Positions 19,501 through 28,100 of a DNA stretch of 64,000 nucleotides are shown piece after piece. A model generated the notes under the pieces. The model searched no databases and had not been told where the DNA came from. It saw nothing but the letters and a program-made list of their open reading frames with translations. The translations under genes and the position numbers were made by a program. Source of the stretch: Parachlamydiales bacterium (GTDB lineage Bacteria > Chlamydiota > Chlamydiia > Chlamydiales > JAJFMK01); contig CAVXVG010000026.1 in NCBI GenBank assembly GCA_963765145.1, positions 192,001 through 256,000 of the forward strand, given 5' to 3'. Within the stretch, counting starts at the first letter, position 1. Each line of letters begins with the position of its first letter.

Positions 19501-21109
19501 TCCTTTAAATGCATTGTGGGATGAAATTTATAATGAATTAGCCGAATTTAAAAGAAAAAATGGGCACTGCAATGTGCCAAAAGAATATTCTGAAAATCCC
19601 AGGCTAGGTGCTTGGGTTTCCAAACAACGGCTACAGCAAAGTAAAGGCAAATTATCTGCCCATCGTTTTGATAAACTCAACGAGCTGGATTTCAATTGGA
19701 ATACTCTCCATTCATTTTGGGAAGAAATGTTCTCAGAATTATGTAAGTTTGAAAAAGAAAATGGGCATTGCATTGTGCCTAAAGGATATGAAAAGTCACC
19801 AAAACTAGCTACCTGGGTTAGCGTTCAACGCAGCGTATTTAAGAAAAACAAACTATCAAAAGAACGCCTTGAGAAACTTATACAATTAGACTTTGCCTGG
19901 GATCCTAATAAAAATGCCTGGGAAGAAATGTTTTACGAGCTGAGTAATTTCAAAAATGACAATGGCCATTGCAGCGTACCGAAAGATTATGAAAGAGTGC
20001 CAAGTCTAGGAAACTGGGTTAGCATTCAACGCAGAGATTATAAGAAGGAGGCGCTTGCAAAGGAACGTGCTGAAAAACTGATAAGCCTAGGCTTTGTCTG
20101 GGATCCATATGATGACCAATGGGAAGCGATGTTTGCAGAATTATTGCAGTACAAGTCAGAAAACGGCCATTGCAGTGTTTCACAAAAATCCGAGAAAAAT
20201 TTGGAGCTCGCACGATGGGTTGGAAGGCAACGGAACACATATAAAAAGGATTGTTTGCCTCAAGAGCGTATTGTTAGGCTTGAACAATTAGGATTTGTCT
20301 GGAATGTCATAAACGATGCCTGGGAAGAAATGTTCAGTGAATTGCTTGAGTTTAAAAATAGCGCTGGGCATTGCAATGTACCGCAATACTTTCCGAAAAA
20401 CCCCAAACTTGGCGGATGGGTATCACACCAGCGCGATCACTATAGGCAGGAGATATTGCTAGATGAACGCATTACTAGATTACAGGAGATAGGATTCTGC
20501 TGGGACCCTCACAATGCAATAAGAGAAGAAATGTTTGAGACCCTTTGCGCATTTAAGGCAGCTAATGGACATTGTGATGTTCCAAGCACCTCTGAAAGTT
20601 CACAGCTTGCGCGATGGGTTGTAAGGCAACGTACTTCACATAAGAAAGGAACTATTTGCCCTGACTTCAAAGGGAAATTGGATGCGATCGATTTTAATTG
20701 GGAACCTTTTGCCAACTCCTGGGAAGAAATGTTTAACTCTTTATGCGAATTTCAAAAAGAAAACGGTCATTGTAATGTGCCGGCTCGCTATCAAAAAAAC
20801 ATGAAGTTAGGCAGATGGATTGATAGACAACGTCAATCTTATAGGAATGGCCCGCTCTCTAAAGAATATAAAGAGCGTCTTGAAAAATTGGGGTTTGTTT
20901 GGAATCCTATGAGCGATGGCTGGGAAGACATGTACCTTAAACTGTGTAATTTCAAGAGAGTCAATGGACATCTAAATATATCTAAAGAACAAAATGAAAA
21001 AAAACTTATTTCTTGGGTAAATTGGCAGCGCTATAGTTATAAAAATGGAAAGTTGAATGAAGAATATGTTCTAAAATTAACCAGCCTGGGAATTAACCTA
21101 GACAAATAG
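16529..21109 (+). CDS. Mrr-like nuclease - SF2 (DEAH) helicase - 13x helicase-associated (HA) repeat protein
   Basis: GDAFE...DMGADG...YQVKF (PD-(D/E)xK-like), MACGTGKT, FDEAH, LTATP, LTEGVNVP, IVQAAGRAMR, then 13 repeats of ~67 aa. Confidence 0.92.
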   Translation: MEPKHLKTKKFVDSGLFRKLNNFNQLENRISKLPDHERGDAFEVFAEAYFVTQKISQAAEVWPDKEIPISLRDTLGLFKKDMGADGIIRTKEDHYHAYQVKFRSNRTSLTWEELSTFMGISDRVHKRVLFTNSCDLPALMQDRTDFYAIKGNDLDALTEEDFQCIEEWLKSGTIVFQRKTPFPYQEEALATIISTFKANNRTTAVMACGTGKTLISLWLAERMNVNSIVVLVPSLSLIRQMLHEWMKETVWQDYSFLCVCSDKSVANGIDEIVLHQTDLDFPVTTSSEDIHSFLQNKTCQRKIIFSTYHSSRVLAQGLPTGHSFDLGIFDEAHKTTGRDGTTFGFALKNENLPIQKRLFLTATPRHYDIKKKDKEGNLRLVFSMDNSEIYGAISHKLSFASAASKGIICPYKIVISIVTDETITRDLLKRGEVIVNGDVIKANQIARIFALKTAIEKFNVKQIFTFHSSVDSAKSFTSRSEEGTGAYLDNFSTYHVNGGMSTSAREKIMREFEQAPQAIISNARCLTEGVNVPAVDTVVFMSPKKSRVDIVQAAGRAMRKAGGKQFGYILLPIHLHTAKDENLESALESTQFEEVWDVLEAMLEQDQDLAEIIQQMREDIGRKGGFDDSRLRERLEFIGPELEINFLRQTITTAIVDKLSSSWDERYGELVRFSEIYGHCNVPDAFSENPKLHSWVGTQRLFFKRNKLSKDKIEKLNKIGFVWNPFDAAWHEMFNALYEFKQNTGHLDVWMAPVRNERLCTWAQKQRQNYSKNKLAFNYIKKLEEIDFVWNPLIVAWEEMFLELSKFKQEYGHCNVKQKHPPNQQLATWVNTQRDQYKEGKCLPERIKRLEDLGFVWDTNIAAWENMFSELCKFENKHGHCNVPRGHHENPRLATWVTTQRSDYKDGRITSQRRERLEKIGFEWNTNESAWEKMYAALIQFKQDIGHCNVPPKYKNKQLGSWVVHQREAFRQSTLDSQRVSRLEELGFIFDPLNALWDEIYNELAEFKRKNGHCNVPKEYSENPRLGAWVSKQRLQQSKGKLSAHRFDKLNELDFNWNTLHSFWEEMFSELCKFEKENGHCIVPKGYEKSPKLATWVSVQRSVFKKNKLSKERLEKLIQLDFAWDPNKNAWEEMFYELSNFKNDNGHCSVPKDYERVPSLGNWVSIQRRDYKKEALAKERAEKLISLGFVWDPYDDQWEAMFAELLQYKSENGHCSVSQKSEKNLELARWVGRQRNTYKKDCLPQERIVRLEQLGFVWNVINDAWEEMFSELLEFKNSAGHCNVPQYFPKNPKLGGWVSHQRDHYRQEILLDERITRLQEIGFCWDPHNAIREEMFETLCAFKAANGHCDVPSTSESSQLARWVVRQRTSHKKGTICPDFKGKLDAIDFNWEPFANSWEEMFNSLCEFQKENGHCNVPARYQKNMKLGRWIDRQRQSYRNGPLSKEYKERLEKLGFVWNPMSDGWEDMYLKLCNFKRVNGHLNISKEQNEKKLISWVNWQRYSYKNGKLNEEYVLKLTSLGINLDK
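18506..21100 (+). repeat. Array of 13 tandem HA (helicase-associated) protein repeats, ~201 bp each
   Basis: Consensus W.EMF..L..FK...GHC.VP......L..WV..QR..YK...L...R...L...GF.W, counted 13 times. Confidence 0.9.
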
Positions 21110-21263
21110 CTTGTGGTGTTAAAAGGCTTTTTCGATGATAGATGCAAATTAATAGTAGGTGAACCTATTTTTTACATCTAAAAAATATAGTGTTTATTTA
21201 ATGTGATGATTGTTTTAAAGAATGTGCTTACGGTTCTTCTCCTCTTCCACAAAAAAAACTTCG

Positions 21264-21392
21264 AAATGGGTCTCCCTTTTTCGTTTCCTTTTTCCTATTT
21301 AATTTTTTAAGGGCTCTTCGAAACAAAGTGACCTCTTTGTTTGTAGAAGAAAGTGGAAAGGAGTTGGCCTTATGCCCTAAAATTCCTCACGA
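21264..21392 (+). pseudogene. Degenerate internal fragment of the 13550..14470 gene
   Basis: Aligns to 14109-14235 (e.g. gctcttcgaaacaaagtRacctctttgtttgtagaagaaa) with indels. Confidence 0.8.
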
Positions 21393-21574
21393 CTTATAAT
21401 AGCCGAGACAGCGTGATTATAGGCATCAATGGCGTTGATTTTTCCAAAGCTGAAAGAAGAATTACTAACGATGAAGGAGGGGTTTCCTTCTTTACCTCAT
21501 CAAGCTGTACTACAGCTTCAGCAATAGAGTGAAGTCCTTTAGCTGCAAATATTCCAAGGCAAAAAAAAACGATT

Positions 21575-22117
21575 TCATTTGTAGTTTCTGTCATTGTTGG
21601 AATGAGTGGAATTAACAGCCTTCAATGCATCCTCATAAGTCTCTTCATGAATAGCTTTTAAGTCGTATTTTTCAGGGACATCGATATAGTAGGTTAATTT
21701 CCCTCGTTTGGCTGCTGCAATCATAATTTCACCCGTAAGAACTTTATGTCTATCAGAACTGTAAAAATAGATGTCGATTTCAACGTTTTGAGCTGTAAAA
21801 GGATATTCATGGAGATAAGGCCTCACTTCTTCACTAGCATTAATATCTGACAGATACTCCTCGACAGAGTCGACTAAAAGATGTCTGGCAGTATCAATGT
21901 CGACCACATGATAATAGTTGAATCCTATCATCATCATTTGTATATCATTCATCATTTGCCCCCCTGTTCCCACGGGGATTAAGCCCTTCTCATTTTCAAG
22001 TTTTTTAGCAGTTTTAGCTGTAATTGCATTTGCTATTTTTCCATAGTTGGCTTTTGGAGGTTCAAAAGAAGAGCAAGAAAACATAGTTGCTAGCACTCCA
22101 AATAAAAAAAAATTCAT
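21575..22117 (-). CDS. Putative lipoprotein, candidate immunity protein of Rhs2
   Basis: 4-bp overlap with the Rhs2 stop; hydrophobic N-terminus followed by lipobox-like MFSC. Confidence 0.75.
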   Translation of the reverse strand: MNFFLFGVLATMFSCSSFEPPKANYGKIANAITAKTAKKLENEKGLIPVGTGGQMMNDIQMMMIGFNYYHVVDIDTARHLLVDSVEEYLSDINASEEVRPYLHEYPFTAQNVEIDIYFYSSDRHKVLTGEIMIAAAKRGKLTYYIDVPEKYDLKAIHEETYEDALKAVNSTHSNNDRNYK

Positions 22118-25100
22118 TTTTTGCCTCCATAATCTTTAATATATTCGTTTATGCGGCGTCGCAAGGGCACTTCAAATGTAGGGCTTGAAATTCCATGGTC
22201 CCACCAATCCGCAGAGGGATGTGGATCTAAAACCATTAGCTCATCGCCGTGATTTAATTGTCCCATAATGTCAAGATAAGTGACAAAATCGTTTCTGCTT
22301 ACATAGTTATAGGATTGGAAGCATAGCTCATTTGGAATAATGACTGAGGGAGCAAGCGCTACAACTATAATTTGTTTTCGAACCGATTCTGGCGAAGATA
22401 ATAGCGCATTTTTGATTTGATCGGCTCCACCACTATGGCAAAATTGGAGAAATTTTGCATCTGGTCCGTGCTTAGCAATCAGATGATTCCATCTGTTTTT
22501 TATAAGTTGAACGGGAGGCGTATGGAATCCCATATGCTGAACCATACATTCTAAGATGTCGACGGGCACTGTATTTGACCTGTTATAGGTACCATGAACT
22601 TTAGCTCCTTGAGCATATTTACTCAATTGAGTCACAGTTGCAAGAGACTCTGTTTCCGTGTTGTTAATTCCATTTATAAAATCGATCGAGCCGTTTGGTA
22701 GATCAAATGAACCTACCTGAAATTGACTTGAACGTGTAAAGCCGTTGTTTGCACAGTACGCAGAAAGTGCATTGCAGCTTTGGATCATGTGATTGTAAAC
22801 GTGCGAAACAGGTAGAGGTAAAAAAGAGTCTGCTACGAACCGCTGTGTAGTCTCATAGATTGTAGAGGCGAATCTTCCTGAAGGATCGCGGAAGTTGATG
22901 GGATCTCCGTTGGCATAGGAATAGAGGTTAAGGGGGATGGGGTAGGCGATCGGATCGGGCGAAAGAAAGCGGCCTCTCGTGGGATCGTAGTAGCGAGCGC
23001 CAAAGTGTATAAGGCCGGTAGGATCTTGCTGTTTGCCTTGCCAGGTGAGGGAGTGGGCGTAGGTAAGAAGGGAGGAAGTCGTTGGAGGGGCAGTGAGAGG
23101 GCCGTAGGCTGAGGGAAGCTCTTTTGTCCAAGAGGTGTTTTTGGAGGTCAGGACGGCGATTAGGTTGCCAACGGCATCATTGAGGAGGCCTACGGAGTTG
23201 CCTTTGTCATCAAGAATAAATTCACAAGAGTTGGGGCCATAGATTTTCCAGAAGGTATTTGAACCCGATTGAAGACCAATTTCTTGGAACTCATGTTGGG
23301 GATCGTAATAGGAGAGAGTGTGGATGGGGAAGGGCCACCATCCAGCAGTGTGAGTGGTCTTTAGGCGGCGACCAAAGGAATCGTAAGAGGCTTTCCAAGT
23401 AGAATTTGGAGTAGTGACTTTGATGAGATTTCCCCAAGGATCCCATTCGAAAGAGGTGTCGTTTTGAGAAGTTGTTTGTCCTAAAGCATTGTAAGTGGTT
23501 TTGACTGGTTTGGAGTCGATCAGCTCAGCGATGATTTTCCCAAAGGCATCGATGCCATCGTGAGGGATGGAGGTATGGTTGGCAGAGTTGCGGATGCCTA
23601 GAGGGTTAAAAGAAAAGTGTTCTTCGCCAGCTTGAGAAAGGAAGCCTTGAGGAGTGTAGGAGAAGTTTTTGGTGTTGTGTGAGGAAAGTTTTCCTGATGG
23701 AGACCATTTGAGAGATTCGGTGTGGGTATGGTCTTGTAGATGGGTGATGATACTCTCGGGAAGGGAAGCATTGTAGTGAATGTCTACAGTGGCAAATGGG
23801 GTTGCCTTTTTGACGAGGTTGCCGCTCAAGTCATAGTCATACCGAAGGGTTTGGCCCTGAGAAGAGACAGTTTTTAGGCGGCCTGATTCGTAGGAAAATT
23901 CTCTTTGATGGCCGTTGACGATAAGGATGCGGTTAGTGGGACTCCACGATTGGTTTGTTTGCTGGATAAGGGTGGAGTCGAGATAGGTTGATTCGGAGAT
24001 GAGTCGTCCGCAAGTGTCATAGGAACGGAGCACTTTGGAGTCGTTATTTTCGGCAGAGGTGATGAGGCCGCGGTTGTCGTAGGCGAAGGAGCGAGTGAAG
24101 TCGTTGATTGTCTCTCTTTCGAGTCTGGATAGGGCGTCGTAAGAGTAGATGTGGGCACGGCCCATTGGGTCAATGGCACGTTGCAAGAGGCCATTTTCGT
24201 AAATGTATTGCCACTGTTGGGAAACTTCAAACCCAGATTGAAGTTGTTCGCTTGTTTTTCTTCCCATCTGATCGTAAGAGGCCTTCCATGACAAGTTTTC
24301 GGGAAGGTCATAACTGACGAGATGAGAGTCATCGTCGTAGGTATATCCGATGGAAGTATGATCAGGGAGAGTTTTTTTTGTGAGGCGCCCATGGGGGTCG
24401 AACTGGAAGTGCGTTGTACGACCTTCTCCATCGGTTGTGGCGATGCATTGGCCGGAAGGGTCGTAACGGTAGAGGATAGTGGTTAACCTATCTTCGACTT
24501 TAAGAGGTTGACCCAAGGTGTTAAACCAAGTGGAAATGGTTTGATGGCCGGAGATTTCTTGTTTGAGATTCCTTTCGTGGTCGTAGATGATCTTGGTTGA
24601 GGCAATGAGATCACCATTTAGGTTAAAAGTCTCGCTTTTGATGAGCTGTCCACACTCAAATTGCTGAACTGTCTTTTCTCCCGATGGCAGGTGGCAGATG
24701 ATGGTATCGCCATTGTAGTTCCAGGTCGTTTGCTGTCCGTCCGGAGAAATTTCTGTTTTGACTCGGCCAAGACCATCGTATGTTTTCTTCCAGGTGCTTC
24801 CTTCTCCATCGGTTGAGGCGATGAGAAGGCCACGTGTGTCGAAGGTTTGTGTTTCTGTAATGTTTGCTGTGGTTCGGACTATTTTTTGATGAAGGTCATC
24901 GTAGAAGATGTTTGTGATGGTCCCATTTCGGACTTCCTGAGTAGGACGTCCAAAAGGGTCATAAACGAAAGTGCTTTCGGTTCCATCTGGGTAGACTTCT
25001 TTTTCGAGAAGGCCATTAGTGGTGTAGTTTCGGGTAATTTTTGCTCCCATGGGAGAGAGGGTAGAAGCAACAAATCCACCTGGTTCATAGATATATTGGG

Positions 25101-28100
25101 TGGTAAGCCCTGCCTTGGTTACAGAAATCGGACGGCCAATCTCATCTAACTTACGGCATATAGAAACGCCAAGGGGATTTACCTCTTCGATGAGTTCGCC
25201 TCGAGTGTCGTACTCGTAGAGTGTGTATGCATACCCTTCCGTTAGGGCCTGACGACTTGCCATGACTTGGCCCGCAGCATTGTAGTCGATGAAGAGGGTG
25301 TTTTCAGGATTTGGCCCCTGCTTCCAGATCATCTGGTTGTTTTGGTTATAACCAAAGTAGGTAGTGGAGAGAAGTTGGCCAAAACGGTTGTAAAGAGAAG
25401 TGACAAGATTGTTCCCCATGATGTCATATTCGTGGCGCTCTATTCCGTCGGAAGATACTTTCTCTATGCACTGCCCTTGTCGGTTGTACTTGAAAGTCGT
25501 TACAACATCTGGGTCTTCAGTTCCGGTTTCTTGGATCATCTGAATGGGTAGCCCACTTTCATACGTCCAACGGCTCACAGCTCCATCTACATTTTGCTGG
25601 ATGAGATGGCCTTTCTCATCGTAGGTAAAATGAGTTGTGGAGGTCAGTTGATCATCGACCCATTTTTCGATCTTTACAGGCAGGTACTCATGGTAGAAAG
25701 TTCTTGTAGTCCTATTGAGGGTTGATTCTTTCACACAAAGATGATGCTCATTATATTTCAGCCTTTTCTCAATGTCTAAAAAGATGAAGGAATTAGGATT
25801 ACCACATGCGTCGTAGCGGTATTCAGTGATCAGGCCTCTTTTATCTTGAGTGGTTTTTAAACTATTGGAGTAGGCTCCATTGCCTTCCCAAAGAAGAACT
25901 TTCCCTCCAATCGCATCAAAGTAGCTTCTCTCATCGATGAACCACGATTGATAGGTTGTTTGCCCAACTGGATCGGTGATTTTGTAAATTTGTTTGTCGT
26001 AGATAAGATATTGGGTGGTTCCACCTTCTCCATCGATGACAGTGGTCATCCCATCTTCAAATTTAAAGGTGGCGCTTGGAACAATCTGTTGCTGCAAGCC
26101 TACTGGAGAACACTGCTCAATTACTTGTCCCTTTGTGTTGTACTTGTTCTCAAGAACTCTTCCGCAAGGGCGGGACTCTTGTGTGATTTGATGGTGGCCA
26201 TCGTAGGCATAGGCGATGATAGCGCCGTTCGGAAGAGTGACCTGGTCTAAATCGCCTTGGTAGGTGTAGTGGTATTTGACCCAGCGGCCATCTTTGGTGA
26301 AAGCCTCGGAGATTTTCCCTTCAGGGTTGTAATGGAATCTTACAAAGCTATCGATAGAGTTTTCAATTTTGACGAGTTGCTCGCCGTCATAGTCAAAAGA
26401 AAGGATGTTGCCAACCGGATCGATCCATTGTCTTAAAAGACGATCTTTAAAGATCCGGCTAGAGCCATCAGCCCCATAAAGAATGTTGTCTTTGATATAG
26501 GCGTGGAAGGGGTTTGCTGTCCCGCCAAAGTTGCGGAGTTCTGGGTTGTCTTCGGCAAATACCTCGTAACAATCTCCGTTTAAACGATAGACAATGACCG
26601 TGCCGTCCATTTCTGCAGCGAAGAGTTTGTCGTCCTCTTCATGGAGATAGGGATTTAGCCCCAGTTTCCAACCAAAGCCAAAGAGGCCAGGAAGTGGGCT
26701 TTGGTTGCTGTAGTTACGCCTAATCTGCAAAGGGAAAGGGCCGGGAAGGGTAAGATCCACTTCGTCTACATAAAAAGCACCTGTGACAACATCGACGGGG
26801 TCAGAAACAAGGTTAGTTCCCAATTTGTGGCCAGGTCGGACATCGGCAGTCAACCATGTCTTCTGAATTTGTTCCGTTACTTGCTGATTGGTGGGAGTTA
26901 GCTTTGGAAGAGAAAGGAGGTCGTTAGAAATTTTAAAAAGAGTGAAACCGTTTTTGTAAGGAGATAACTTTGTATCTACAAGAAAATTTGGCGGAAGGGG
27001 CGAGCCATAGCCTCCATGTATAAAATGGTCGTGGTCAGAAATGAGGGCAGCGCTGAAACGTGGATTAAAAATCAAAGTGCCTATCCCCCTATATGATGGT
27101 GGATTTCTTCCATTTGATATGAGTTCCGGAGTCATGTAGGCATAGGAAAGAGGGCTACTTTTTGGATCTTCAAAAACCTCTTTTAAAATCGCCCATTGTC
27201 CTTTAGAAAGGGCGCGAAGTTGAAGAAATGGGATTTTGTCTAACTGAGAAAAACTCTCTTTAGTTAAAGCTAGTATGCCACGATCTTCTCTGTGTGCATT
27301 TTCTAACAATTTTACTGTCGAGACCGGATGAGAATCCTGGAAAAGATCTCGTAAAATTTGATGCTCATTAGAAGAGTTGTTGATCGCCAGATGATTTTGA
27401 AGTTGTCCTCCTAAAACGGTTTTTAAGGGTGTTGGCTCATCTAGATAAGTTGTATAAAATTGCATGTCGACTTGGGGGAAAACGAGTTCTCCGGTCGACA
27501 GGTCAGGGGAAAGTTTGGCAAGCCCTACAGCAAAGCAAGTAATGGGAGGTATTTTATGTAATGCAGCTAATATTTGTTCAGCCCTGCTACATTTTTCAAA
27601 ATAGGCCATTCCCATGAAGGAAAGAAGATGATGAAGTCTTTTAGTTTCATCTTTTTCGGTTTCATAAGCTTTTTGAAATAGTTCGAGGTGTTTTGTGGTC
27701 ACCCTTCCGGTATGAAAACAAAGTGCTGTACGGGTTCCCCGCGTAAAGGAAAAGGCCTTTAAAGGTTTGTCATTGAAGCACACAGTGAGGGAGAGCGTAG
27801 AGTCATATGCATCTAGAGGTAATACAAGGCTCTTTCCTTGGACATCCTCCATTTGCAAACGGAATTCGGAAGGAGAAAAAGAGAGCTCCATGATCCCTTC
27901 ATTCAAATTAGGCAATGGAAGAGAAATAGACCTTCTTTTATAGGGGTTTTCGCAAGAACCGACTGTGATCTGCATCAATGACGGCTGGTTTAAGGGAAAC
28001 CCTTCTTGGTTCTCGGCTTGTTTAGAGGGGCGAGGAAAATCTTCCCAACTATTAAATTGCTTTTTGCAAATCGTGCGATGAATACCAACATCTTTGATCG

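Noticed and set aside
18506..21100. CRISPR-like or DNA-level repeat array
   Set aside because: The periodicity is protein-level (HA domains) inside one ORF; there are no identical direct repeats with spacers and no cas genes.
21394..21594. 66-aa ORF downstream of the immunity candidate
   Set aside because: Short, no motif, ends against a decayed gene fragment; insufficient support.
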